Virus record (IMG/VR): IMGVR_UViG_3300020409_000047
Span: 1 to 33,820 of that record
Length of the DNA stretch: 33,820 bases
From: a virus
Lineage: Duplodnaviria > Caudoviricetes
Reading direction: 5' to 3' (one strand)
A model generated the notes under the pieces. It searched no databases, had not been told where the DNA came from, and saw only the letters and a program-made list of their open reading frames with translations. A program made the translations under genes and the position numbers. How positions within the stretch are numbered: position 1 is the first letter of the stretch; every line of letters starts with the position of its first letter. Positions 1-8,376 of this stretch are shown here, piece after piece.

Positions 1-17
1 CGGCTCCCTTTTTTTTT
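1..17 (+). terminator. 3' half of a Rho-independent terminator, truncated by the window edge
   Basis: CGGCTCCC is followed by a T9 tract, consistent with the right arm of a GC hairpin such as GGGAGC-TTCG-GCTCCC. The left arm lies outside the window. Confidence 0.6.
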
Positions 18-42
18 GGATAAAACTAATATACAATCAAAA

Positions 43-103
43 GTCTAGGGTTTATTAACTTGTTCTATTAACTGACCTAGCAGACAAGCCAAGATAATAG
101 AAC
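43..103 (+). promoter_or_regulatory. Candidate structured RNA leader (pseudoknot-like) upstream of ORF 125
   Basis: CTAGG (45-49) pairs with CCTAG (76-80), and GTTCTATTA (62-70) pairs perfectly with TAATAGAAC (95-103); the two helices cross. A TACAAT -10-like hexamer is at 32-37 and a GGGAG RBS at 113-117. Confidence 0.4.
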
Positions 104-124
104 TTATTTTTCGGGAGAAAAATT

Positions 125-631
125 ATGGCACAATCGACTTTTAGTGGACCAGTTAAATCACTAGCTGGATTCATCTCAGCAGGTAACGCATCAGTAGTTA
201 GCCTAACAGCAGACACTACTCTTACAGTTGCCGCTCATGCTGGAAAAATATTAACTTGTAATGATGCAGACGGTAAGTTTACTTTACCTAGCATTGTAAC
301 TACCACTCCATCAACAAATGAAGATCCTAACCAATTAAATAACTTAGGTGCTTCTTTCTTCTTTGTTGTAGAAACTGCGGCTACAGATATGGATATTCTT
401 ACTGATGGCACAGATAAATTTGTTGGTGGTTTATATACAGGTGTAGATGACAATACTGGTAAAACTTTTATTTCAGCTTCATCTAATGATGTTATTACTA
501 TGAATGGCTCTACCAAAGGCGGATTAGCTGGTAGTATCGTGAAAGTAACTGCTATGGCCTCAGCTAAATATGCTGTAGAAGGTATTATTTTAGGATCAGG
601 AACTTTAGTAACACCATTTGCTGACGCATAA
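125..631 (+). CDS. Phage virion structural protein (capsid decoration-like), function unassigned
   Basis: 168-aa ORF with GGGAG RBS. It is Ser/Thr/Gly/Ala-rich with beta-type composition and is the first gene after a terminator in the late region. Confidence 0.6.
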   Translation: MAQSTFSGPVKSLAGFISAGNASVVSLTADTTLTVAAHAGKILTCNDADGKFTLPSIVTTTPSTNEDPNQLNNLGASFFFVVETAATDMDILTDGTDKFVGGLYTGVDDNTGKTFISASSNDVITMNGSTKGGLAGSIVKVTAMASAKYAVEGIILGSGTLVTPFADA

Positions 632-641
632 GGAGTAGCTC

Positions 642-1043
642 ATGGCAGATACAGTAACTTCTCAAACTATTCATGATAGTGACAGAGTAGCGATATTAAA
701 GTTTACTAACGAATCTGACGGCACGGGTGAATCTTCTGTTAAAAAAGTTGATGTTTCAGCTTTAGCTAAAAACAATTTAGGTGAGTCTTGCAGTAGAGTT
801 TCTATATCACGTATATACTGGGCAACCAGAGGTATGGGTGTAGATATAGAGTTTGATGCGAGCACTAATGTTTTAGCGATACCATTACCAGCAGATAGCA
901 CAGGAGATGAATACTATGATTTATTTTCTGGCATACCTAATAACGCAGGATCTGGTATAACTGGAGATATTGACTTTACAACAGTGGGTCATTCAAGTGG
1001 TGATGCTTACTCTGTTATTTTAGTTTTGAATAAAAGCTATTAA
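642..1043 (+). CDS. Hypothetical phage structural protein
   Basis: 133-aa ORF with AAGGAG RBS and beta-rich composition, in the late-gene run. Confidence 0.6.
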   Translation: MADTVTSQTIHDSDRVAILKFTNESDGTGESSVKKVDVSALAKNNLGESCSRVSISRIYWATRGMGVDIEFDASTNVLAIPLPADSTGDEYYDLFSGIPNNAGSGITGDIDFTTVGHSSGDAYSVILVLNKSY

Positions 1044-1046
1044 TGA

Positions 1047-1349
1047 ATGGTTGTAAAAAGAAGAAAAACTAAAAATATACGTAGGACAGTTGGTAAGGGC
1101 GGTAACTTCCGCCCTACCAAGTCTGGTGCAGGCATGACCAAAAAAGGTGTGCGTGCGTATAGAAAAGCTAATCCCGGTAGTAAATTAAAAACAGCAGTAA
1201 CTGGCAAAGTTAAAAAAGGTAGTAAGGCTGCTAAAAGAAGAAAGTCTTACTGTGCTAGATCATTAGGACAACTCAAACGTAGTTCAGCCAAAACAAGAAA
1301 CAATCCTAATTCAAGAATTAGACAAGCAAGAAGAAGGTGGAAATGTTAA
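1047..1349 (+). CDS. Highly basic small phage protein
   Basis: 100 aa, very Lys/Arg-rich, with RRKSYCARS and RRRWKC motifs. It is contiguous with its neighbours. Confidence 0.7.
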   Translation: MVVKRRKTKNIRRTVGKGGNFRPTKSGAGMTKKGVRAYRKANPGSKLKTAVTGKVKKGSKAAKRRKSYCARSLGQLKRSSAKTRNNPNSRIRQARRRWKC

Positions 1350-1489
1350 GAAAAATAAAAAAAGTATCAAGACAGCTTAACAAAGCATCTAAATTACACA
1401 AAAGACAATCAAACGTTTTAAAAAAATTAGTTAAAAATGCCCAAAAGAAAAGACCCAAAAGTAGGAACAGGAAAAAAACCAAAAGGTAG
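1343..1489 (+). CDS. Basic 48-aa micro-protein (below the ORF-track cutoff)
   Basis: Read by hand as MLRKIKKVSRQLNKASKLHKRQSNVLKKLVKNAQKKRPKSRNRKKTKR. ATG 1343 overlaps the previous stop, and the ORF fills the gap to ORF 1437. Confidence 0.5.
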   Translation: MLRKIKKVSRQLNKASKLHKRQSNVLKKLVKNAQKKRPKSRNRKKTKR

Positions 1490-1730
1490 TGATAGAAGAC
1501 TATACACAGATGAAAACCCAAAGGATACTGTTTCAATTAAATATGCAACTGTTCAAGATGCTAAAGATACAGTTGCTAAAGTAAAACGAACTAGAAAACC
1601 TTTTGCAAGATTAATACAAATATTAACTGTAGGAGAGCAAAGATCTAAGTATGGAGGCAAACCAAAGCAAGCTGAAATATTTAGAAGAGGCAAAGATGCG
1701 ATTAGAAAAAAACATGGTAGAATAAAATAA
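1437..1730 (+). CDS. Basic small phage protein
   Basis: 97 aa, Lys/Arg-rich (RRLYTDENPKDTV). Its stop overlaps the next ATG (TAATG). Confidence 0.7.
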   Translation: MPKRKDPKVGTGKKPKGSDRRLYTDENPKDTVSIKYATVQDAKDTVAKVKRTRKPFARLIQILTVGEQRSKYGGKPKQAEIFRRGKDAIRKKHGRIK

Positions 1731-1957
1731 TGGCAAAGAAAGCAAAAAGCGGTGGCAAGATTTGTCCAGCAGGTAAGGCTTGGGCAAAAAGAACTTTTGA
1801 TACATACCCTTCAGCGTATGCAAATATGGCTGCGTCTAAATATTGTAAAGATCCAAACTATGCCAAAGGTAGTAAACGTAAAAAGAAAAAAATGAAAAAC
1901 GGTGGACTTGTTAATATAAGAGGACAAGGTATCGTTATGAAAGAAAGACTCAGATAA
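1730..1957 (+). CDS. Basic small phage protein
   Basis: 75 aa with two Cys, a YPSAYAN motif and an MKNGG motif. TAATG coupling on both sides. Confidence 0.7.
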   Translation: MAKKAKSGGKICPAGKAWAKRTFDTYPSAYANMAASKYCKDPNYAKGSKRKKKKMKNGGLVNIRGQGIVMKERLR

Positions 1958-2277
1958 TGGGACAATTAGCTGAGTGGAGAAGACAAAACTGGGTGCGTAT
2001 AGGCACAGATGGTTCTATCAAAGGCCCATGTGGTACAAGTAAAGATAAAAAGAATCCAGATCGTTGTTTACCAAAATCAAAAGCACAAAGTTTAAGCAAA
2101 GCAGAAAGAGCAAAAACTGCAAGAAAGAAAAAAGCAGCAGGCAGAAAAGGTAAGACTGTTGTTGCTAATACTAAAAAAGCTAGAGTATCCATGAAAGACG
2201 GTGGAGAAGTTAGAAGAATTGCAAGAGGTTGTGGTAAAGTAATGAGCAACAGAAGAAAGAAAACCAAATATTCATAG
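1957..2277 (+). CDS. Basic small phage protein
   Basis: 106 aa with a W..W..GPCG..RCLP core and an MKDGG..ARGCG tail. Translationally coupled to the previous gene. Confidence 0.7.
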   Translation: MGQLAEWRRQNWVRIGTDGSIKGPCGTSKDKKNPDRCLPKSKAQSLSKAERAKTARKKKAAGRKGKTVVANTKKARVSMKDGGEVRRIARGCGKVMSNRRKKTKYS

Positions 2278-2286
2278 GAGTGAATA

Positions 2287-2511
2287 ATGTATAAAAAAAC
2301 TAAAGGCTATGCTAAAGGCGGAATGGTCAAAGGCACCAAATATATGGCTAAGGGTGGTTCTATGAAAGGAACTAAATACATGGCCAAAGGTGGTGCAGCC
2401 AAGAAGACTAAGTATATGGCTAAAGGTGGAGCCATGAAAGGTACAAAATATATGGCGAAAGGCGGTGCTATGAAAGGCACTAAGTATATGGCTAAAGGTG
2501 GAAAGGTTTAG
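2287..2511 (+). CDS. Basic tandem-repeat protein (KGTKYMAKGGxx)x5
   Basis: 74 aa with AGGAG RBS, consisting almost entirely of 12-aa repeats. Confidence 0.75.
   Translation: MYKKTKGYAKGGMVKGTKYMAKGGSMKGTKYMAKGGAAKKTKYMAKGGAMKGTKYMAKGGAMKGTKYMAKGGKV
2329..2508 (+). repeat. Five tandem 36-nt coding repeats
   Basis: KGTKYMAKGG(SM/AA/AM/AM/KV) units, one of which begins KKTKY. The copies differ mainly at third codon positions. Confidence 0.9.
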
Positions 2512-2544
2512 TAACTTTTTCACAACAACAAAGGAGAGAGCGTT

Positions 2545-3225
2545 TTGTCATATTTGATTTCAAATATACCTCAGTTTAAATGCTGGGTAAGAAAGGAATT
2601 TACAGCCAACCACAGCAATTATCATGGAGAGTATCTACATGCTCTTGCTATTGCTGTTAATACTATTCCAGATAGATCACTAAGTTTTCAAGTAGTTTTT
2701 ACCGGGTGTGAAATAGATGATGAAGAAGACGCACCAAATGTTCATGGTGGTGCCATGTGGGCAAGAATGCCTATTCAAGCTTTGGTTGCAGACATACCAT
2801 TACAAGATTGGCCAACTCCTATGGAAGATCATTTAGCACAACCTTGGGATTGTCTTAGTCATCATCATTCTGTTGTTACTATGGATAGAGTTAGTTCATC
2901 ACCTTGGCTTTGTAAGATAGGTGGAGACTTCTATACAGGTAAATATTTGTTCACGGTGGATTACACAGAAAATTCAATAGCTGATGATTCTGCTCAACAT
3001 AAGCAATCACATGTGTTATATTTAACAGACGCTGGTGAATATACTGGTAACTTTGTAGCTTTACCTAATAACAGAGTTAGGGCTACAAACCCTGCTTTAT
3101 GGCGTGTTGGAGAAGGAGCACCAGACTTTATGCCTTCACAATGGATACATTCAGCAGAACAACATGAGAGTTATATGGATCCAAACATAACATTTAACAA
3201 TCTATATGCTCCAGAGGAAGACTAA
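2545..3225 (+). CDS. Hypothetical phage protein (TTG start)
   Basis: 226 aa with AAGGAG upstream of TTG. It is globular and His/Cys/Trp-rich, and abuts the next gene. Confidence 0.7.
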   Translation: MSYLISNIPQFKCWVRKEFTANHSNYHGEYLHALAIAVNTIPDRSLSFQVVFTGCEIDDEEDAPNVHGGAMWARMPIQALVADIPLQDWPTPMEDHLAQPWDCLSHHHSVVTMDRVSSSPWLCKIGGDFYTGKYLFTVDYTENSIADDSAQHKQSHVLYLTDAGEYTGNFVALPNNRVRATNPALWRVGEGAPDFMPSQWIHSAEQHESYMDPNITFNNLYAPEED

Positions 3226-3900
3226 ATGGCGACATCAAATAGCACTAATTTTGAACCAGATGTAACTGAGTTTGTTGAAGAAGCCTTTGAAAGGTGTGGG
3301 CTAGAGCTTAGAACAGGTTATGATCTTAAAACAGCAAAAAGATCTATAAATCTTATGTTAGCTGAATGGGCAAACAGAGGACTTAATCAGTGGACTATAG
3401 AACAAGCAACTCAAACTGTAACTAAAGGCACTAATCAATATACTTTAGATTCCAACATTATTGACATATTAGACTGCTCATTGAGAAGAGACACTGACGG
3501 AACTAATCTTGATCTGCAAATGACAAAAATTAGCAGAAGTGAATTTTTAAATATTCCAACTAAATCTACTCAAGCTAGACCTAATCAATTTTTTTTAGAT
3601 AAACAGCTTAGTCCTGTTTTGAATATATGGCCAACACCAGAAAACAATACTGATGTATTAGTATTTAATAAGTTAGTGAGAATGGACGATGCTGATACGG
3701 CTACCAACACTATGGACATGCCGTTTAGATTTTATCCTTGTTTTGCAGCAGGTCTTGCTTATTATATAGCTATTAAAAAAGCACCAGATAGAGTGGTTAT
3801 GTTAAAACAAATGTATGAAGATGAGTTTGAAAGAGCTATGTCTCAAGACGAAGATACCGCCTCTTTTAGAATATCGCCTTACTTAAGAAACGGATACTAA
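3226..3900 (+). CDS. Putative head-tail adaptor / tail tubular protein
   Basis: 224 aa with a helical N-terminus (EEAFERCG...SINLMLAEW), a central beta region (RPNQFF, IWPTP) and a helical C-terminus. This is the layout of podovirus adaptor proteins. Confidence 0.55.
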   Translation: MATSNSTNFEPDVTEFVEEAFERCGLELRTGYDLKTAKRSINLMLAEWANRGLNQWTIEQATQTVTKGTNQYTLDSNIIDILDCSLRRDTDGTNLDLQMTKISRSEFLNIPTKSTQARPNQFFLDKQLSPVLNIWPTPENNTDVLVFNKLVRMDDADTATNTMDMPFRFYPCFAAGLAYYIAIKKAPDRVVMLKQMYEDEFERAMSQDEDTASFRISPYLRNGY

Positions 3901-3901
3901 T

Positions 3902-4654
3902 ATGGCATACGCTAGTGGTAAATACGCAATAGCTGTTTGTGATAGGTGTGGATTTGAATACAAATTATCTCAACTAAAAGAAGAATGGAATGGAGCAAAA
4001 ACTTGTAGAGATTGTTTTGATCCTAAACATCCACAACTAGAGCCATTACCACATGTATCTGATCCTGAAGCTTTATATAAACCAAGGCCTAACACTGATG
4101 TTGGTGTTGGAGAAGGATTTGTTGTTGTTACATATACAGATATTAAAAAGGGTAATTGCATGGATCCAAATATTATTGGATCAAATTTTAAAGTAGATGG
4201 AATAACAGGTTCAGTTGGTTCTCCATCAATTACTACCACTGAAGTAACACCAACACCTACTGCTGAGCCAACAGGAGTTAGTGCAACAGCAAGCTTAGGA
4301 TCAGTCACTGTATCAGCATCTTCCACTACACTTTATGCAGTAACAGTGGCAGAATATTCAGGTGCTAATTATTTTTATATCGATGGGGTTAGAGCTCCTA
4401 CGCTAAGCTTAACAGAAGGTAGAACTTATCAATTCGGTCAATCTGATAGTAGTAATGCTACACATCCTTTAAGAATATCTACAACCTCTAATGGCACGCA
4501 CGCTGGTGGATCAGAATATACAACTGGGGTAACAACTTATGGCACTCCAGGCAGTGGCGGTGCTTACACTGAAATAACAGTTGCCTCAGGTGCTCCAACA
4601 CTTTATTATTACTGTAGTAATCACTCAGGTATGGGTGGACAATTAAATACTTAA
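3902..4654 (+). CDS. Virion-associated protein with N-terminal Zn-finger and C-terminal YYYC-x2-H-x2-MG domain
   Basis: CDRC...CRDC followed by DPKHPQL, then a Pro/Thr linker and a C-terminal HPLRIS...LYYYCSNHSGMGG cupredoxin-like motif. Confidence 0.6.
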   Translation: MAYASGKYAIAVCDRCGFEYKLSQLKEEWNGAKTCRDCFDPKHPQLEPLPHVSDPEALYKPRPNTDVGVGEGFVVVTYTDIKKGNCMDPNIIGSNFKVDGITGSVGSPSITTTEVTPTPTAEPTGVSATASLGSVTVSASSTTLYAVTVAEYSGANYFYIDGVRAPTLSLTEGRTYQFGQSDSSNATHPLRISTTSNGTHAGGSEYTTGVTTYGTPGSGGAYTEITVASGAPTLYYYCSNHSGMGGQLNT

Positions 4655-4655
4655 T

Positions 4656-5330
4656 ATGACATTAACAGAACTAAAAACTTTAATACAAAACTATACTCAG
4701 AACACAGAAACTACATTTGTATCTACATTAGATGACTTTATTAAAAATACTGAAGAAAGAATATTTGAATTAGTGCAGTTTGATTTTTTTCGTAAAAATG
4801 TAACAGGTTCATTAACAGCAGAGAATACTTATCTTACAACACCTTCAGATTATCAAACAAGTTTTTCTTTAGCGGTTATAGACAGCAATGGAGATTATCA
4901 TTACTTAGATAAAAAACATCCATCATTTATGCGTGAATACTCGGTTGATCCAACAGATTCAACTTTAAGAGGTCTACCAAAGTATTATGGAGATTTTGAT
5001 AAAGAACTATCTACAGCTACCAACAATGGTTCCACGCTTATAGTAAGTCCAGTGCCAGATCAAAATTACGATGTGGAATTACATTATCTTTATAAACCAA
5101 ACTCCTTAGTTACAGACACTACAGGCACTTGGCTATCCAGCAATGCACGTAATGCCTTGTTATACGGTAGTTTGGTTGAAGCCTACATATTTATGAAAGG
5201 TGAAAATGATTTATTGCAGCAATACGAGCAACGCTTTGCAAGTGAAATAAATAGATTAAAAAATCTTGCAGAAGCTCGAGGAAGGAGAGATGAATACCGT
5301 TACGATTCTTTAAGGACAACGGTATCGTAA
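4656..5330 (+). CDS. Putative second adaptor / tail tubular protein
   Basis: 224 aa with MTLTELKTLIQNY, GLPKYY, PVPD and ALLYGSLVEA motifs. Same helix-beta-helix layout as ORF 3226. Confidence 0.55.
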   Translation: MTLTELKTLIQNYTQNTETTFVSTLDDFIKNTEERIFELVQFDFFRKNVTGSLTAENTYLTTPSDYQTSFSLAVIDSNGDYHYLDKKHPSFMREYSVDPTDSTLRGLPKYYGDFDKELSTATNNGSTLIVSPVPDQNYDVELHYLYKPNSLVTDTTGTWLSSNARNALLYGSLVEAYIFMKGENDLLQQYEQRFASEINRLKNLAEARGRRDEYRYDSLRTTVS

Positions 5331-5337
5331 AAAATAC

Positions 5338-6111
5338 ATGGAAAAAATTAAAAGTCTGAAAGGTAGATCAGTTGCCATTGTTGGCATGGGTAAAAGCTGG
5401 TTTGATTACAACATGGCAAAATCACACGGAGTTCATTTTGATGAAGTGTGGGCAATAAACGGTGTAGGCACAGTAGTTTATCACGATAGAGTATTCATGA
5501 TGGATCCTGCATCAAGATTCTTAGAAACAGATGATGCAGGTGGTCAAACTAAAGGTATGGCTAAAATGTTGCAAGAACATAAAGGCCCTATATATACGTG
5601 CGAATTAGATGAACGTTGTCCGGGATTGGTTGAATATCCATTAAAAGAGGTTATAGAATACTCAAATTGTCACTATCTAAATAATACGATTGCATACGCA
5701 GTAGCTTTTGCTTATTGGAACGAAGTAGCTAATATTAAAATGTTTGGTATAGATTTTAGTTATAAAGGCAATTTACATTTTGCAGAGGCAGGTAGAGGAT
5801 GTGTAGAATTTTGGCTAAGTAAATGTATATCATCAGGTATAGAAGTAGAAGTTGCACATAGTTCAAGCTTACTAGATACAAATGTATCATCGGAACAAAA
5901 ACTGTATGGATACCACAGACTTAAAAATCCCTATATCATATTAGCTGGAGAAGATGGTATAAAACTAGAAAGAATTAATAATTTAGATATTGTTGAAAAA
6001 AATCAAGAACCTGTATTAGTAGATAGAACTGACTCACACCTAGAAAATGAAAATATAAAAAGTGTTGGTGGCGATGATATATTAAGACCAGTAGAACCAA
6101 AAAAATGGTAG
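5338..6111 (+). CDS. Rossmann-like protein resembling sialyltransferase/Maf/MptE-type folds
   Basis: VAIVGMGKS, VWAING and MFGIDFSY motifs follow the GxGxS...N...GxD pattern of the GT29/GT42/Maf-like superfamily. The substrate is unknown. Confidence 0.45.
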   Translation: MEKIKSLKGRSVAIVGMGKSWFDYNMAKSHGVHFDEVWAINGVGTVVYHDRVFMMDPASRFLETDDAGGQTKGMAKMLQEHKGPIYTCELDERCPGLVEYPLKEVIEYSNCHYLNNTIAYAVAFAYWNEVANIKMFGIDFSYKGNLHFAEAGRGCVEFWLSKCISSGIEVEVAHSSSLLDTNVSSEQKLYGYHRLKNPYIILAGEDGIKLERINNLDIVEKNQEPVLVDRTDSHLENENIKSVGGDDILRPVEPKKW

Positions 6112-6404
6112 ATAAAATTACTCCAGCAGGAATGCCTGGACTAGGCATCATAGAGGCTAAAACAAGTAACCATGGTGGTCATCCTCCTGAGTTTTGGGCA
6201 GAAAGATTAACAGAAAAAATAGTTAGCACAAGCGAAAGTGAAGATCCATATATTAAAGAACAAGCTAGAGCTTATAAAGAACTAATTTATAAGGTTTGTT
6301 TGATTTATATAAAAAATGCGTTAAAATCCTATAAAGCTACTTTGATACAAGACTTCATAAAACAAGGAGACACAGAGTTAGCAGATATAATTAAAAGGAT
6401 TTAA
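6105..6404 (+). CDS. Hypothetical phage protein
   Basis: 99 aa with a GGHPPEFWAE motif. It overlaps the previous stop and ends just before the next start. Confidence 0.65.
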   Translation: MVDKITPAGMPGLGIIEAKTSNHGGHPPEFWAERLTEKIVSTSESEDPYIKEQARAYKELIYKVCLIYIKNALKSYKATLIQDFIKQGDTELADIIKRI

Positions 6405-6405
6405 T

Positions 6406-6834
6406 ATGGCTATTACATCAACATTAACCACTAGCTTTAAAAAAGAACTTCTTGAAGCTGTGCACAACTTTAAAAACTCAGGTGGAGATACTTTTAAACT
6501 AGCTTTATATACAAGCTCAGCTACATTAGGAGCCACTACAACGGCATTTACAACAACAAATGAAGTAAGTGGTACTAATTATTCATCTGGTGGAAACAGT
6601 TTAACTAGAGTAGATCCTACTTCTAGTGGTACTACAGGGTTTACTGATTTTGCTGATTTAACTTTTGGAACAGCAACTGTTACAGCTAGAGGTTGTATGA
6701 TCTACAACTCCTCTGATAGTAATAAGTCTGTAGCTACAATAGACTTTGGTGGTGATAAAACATCAACCGCAGGTGATTTTACAGTAGTTTTCCCAGCAGC
6801 AGCAGCCAGTACAGCTATTATTAGAATAGCTTAA
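6406..6834 (+). CDS. Virion structural protein (fibre/collar-type beta protein)
   Basis: 142 aa, Thr/Ser-rich, with FKLALYT, NEVSGTNY and IDFGGDK motifs typical of small phage structural proteins. Confidence 0.6.
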   Translation: MAITSTLTTSFKKELLEAVHNFKNSGGDTFKLALYTSSATLGATTTAFTTTNEVSGTNYSSGGNSLTRVDPTSSGTTGFTDFADLTFGTATVTARGCMIYNSSDSNKSVATIDFGGDKTSTAGDFTVVFPAAAASTAIIRIA

Positions 6835-6845
6835 TCTAGCCTAAT

Positions 6846-7346
6846 ATGGCTAATATTACTGGTTGGGGTAGAGGCACTTGGGGTGAAGGTGCTTGGGGAG
6901 AACCTGTACCAGTCACACTAACAGCACCTAGTGCGGCAACCGCAACAGTTAGTGCTGTTGCTATTGACGCTGCTGGTAGATTTGGAATTATTGGTGTCTC
7001 TGCTACAACAGGAGCACCCACAGCAGGTGTCAACGCTCAAGCCATAGTCGTAGTCGCAGGTGCAGTAGCCACCCTAGGTAGTGTAAGTGTAGATGTAGAT
7101 GGAGAGGCTAATGTAGTAATATCTGGACTTGCTGGCACATCTGCCCTTGGATCTGTTACCGTACATCATAATGCTAAATTCAGTATAAATGGCGTTTCTA
7201 CCACTTCAAATCTTGGTACAGCAACTACCATAGCTGATGCAAACACTTCCATAACAGGTTTAGAACTTACAGGATCAGTAGGAAGTGTATTGGTTTGGTC
7301 TAGGATAGATGATACACAAACACCAAATTGGGTAGACGTTGCTTAA
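6846..7346 (+). CDS. Virion fibre-like repeat protein
   Basis: N-terminal GWGRGTWGEGAWG, about five degenerate G-x4-5-(L/V)GSV repeats and a C-terminal W..ID.TQTPNW. Confidence 0.6.
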   Translation: MANITGWGRGTWGEGAWGEPVPVTLTAPSAATATVSAVAIDAAGRFGIIGVSATTGAPTAGVNAQAIVVVAGAVATLGSVSVDVDGEANVVISGLAGTSALGSVTVHHNAKFSINGVSTTSNLGTATTIADANTSITGLELTGSVGSVLVWSRIDDTQTPNWVDVA

Positions 7347-7371
7347 CTTTTATGAAAAAACAATTTATAAT
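7343..7371 (+). promoter_or_regulatory. Possible sigma70-type promoter
   Basis: TATAAT at 7366-7371 in one of the few intergenic gaps, with only a weak -35 (TTAACT) 17 bp upstream. Confidence 0.3.
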
Positions 7372-7391
7372 AAATTTGAACGGAGATAAAC

Positions 7392-7985
7392 ATGGCAACA
7401 TACGTTAATGATCTTAGGTTAAAAGAAATAGCAACAGGTGACGAATCTGGTACCTGGGGAACATCTACAAATACTAACCTAGAGCTTATTGCAGAAGCAT
7501 TTAGCTTTGGTACAGAGGCGATAACAACCAACGCTGATACTCACACCACAACTATTGCAGACGGATCAACTGATCCTGGAAGATCTATTTATCTAAAATA
7601 CACAGGCACGCTTGATTCAGCGTGTACTATTACTATTGGTCCAAACACAGTATCTAAACTTTGGTTTATAGAAAATGCAACATCTGGATCGCAAAACATA
7701 ATTATTTCACAAGGTAGTGGTGCTAATATAACTATACCTGCTGGAGATACTAAAGCAGTTTATTCAGACGGTGCAGGTTCAGGAGCGGCAATAGTAGATG
7801 CTTTTGCTAGTCTAAATGTAGTAGATTTAAAAGTAGAGGATGATTTAACAGTAACAGATGATGTGTCTATAGGTGGAGATGCAACAGTTACAGGTGCTAT
7901 TGCATCAACAGGAAACATAACAGAAAATTCAAGTCGAGTAGCAACTAATGGTAGGGCTATAGCTTTTGGTTTAATATTCGGATAA
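7392..7985 (+). CDS. Tail/fibre structural protein
   Basis: 197 aa with GGAG RBS and an N-terminal GDESGTWG..TNTNL fibre-anchor-type motif. Thr/Ser-rich. Confidence 0.6.
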   Translation: MATYVNDLRLKEIATGDESGTWGTSTNTNLELIAEAFSFGTEAITTNADTHTTTIADGSTDPGRSIYLKYTGTLDSACTITIGPNTVSKLWFIENATSGSQNIIISQGSGANITIPAGDTKAVYSDGAGSGAAIVDAFASLNVVDLKVEDDLTVTDDVSIGGDATVTGAIASTGNITENSSRVATNGRAIAFGLIFG

Positions 7986-7999
7986 TATAGGAGACAATT

Positions 8000-8365
8000 A
8001 TGGCAACCCCAAATTTAGTAAACGTAACCAGTGTAACCCCATTTACAATCAATGGAGCTGTTACAACCTCTGCTGTAGACGTTATAGATGTAGCATCTGA
8101 TAAGTGTCATAAAATTAACACTATAGTAATAGCAAATATAGATGGTTCTAGTGCTGCTGATATAACTATACAAATATCAACAGATAATGGATCTAACTAT
8201 TATGCTATTGCATCTACAGTTTCAGTTCCCGCAGATTCAACGTTGGTGGTCATAGATAAAAACTCTCAATTATACCTAGATGAAACAGATTTGTTGCGAG
8301 TACAAGCTAGTGCAAATAGTGATTTAACATACACAATATCTGGTGAAATTTTAGATGATGCGTAA
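8000..8365 (+). CDS. Small virion structural protein
   Basis: 121 aa with AGGAG RBS. IANIDGSSAAD and VPADSTLVV suggest a beta-sandwich. Confidence 0.6.
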   Translation: MATPNLVNVTSVTPFTINGAVTTSAVDVIDVASDKCHKINTIVIANIDGSSAADITIQISTDNGSNYYAIASTVSVPADSTLVVIDKNSQLYLDETDLLRVQASANSDLTYTISGEILDDA

Positions 8366-8376
8366 GGGCTTAAGAT

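Noticed and set aside
60-120. Hammerhead or SAM-II/SAM-V identity for the leader element
   Set aside because: CTGA is not followed by the hammerhead NGA core, and I cannot see the conserved SAM-II/V nucleotides. It is kept only as an unassigned structure.
2329-2508. 36-nt periodic repeat as a CRISPR array
   Set aside because: The units are contiguous with no unique spacers, are in frame, and vary at synonymous positions, so this is a coding repeat.
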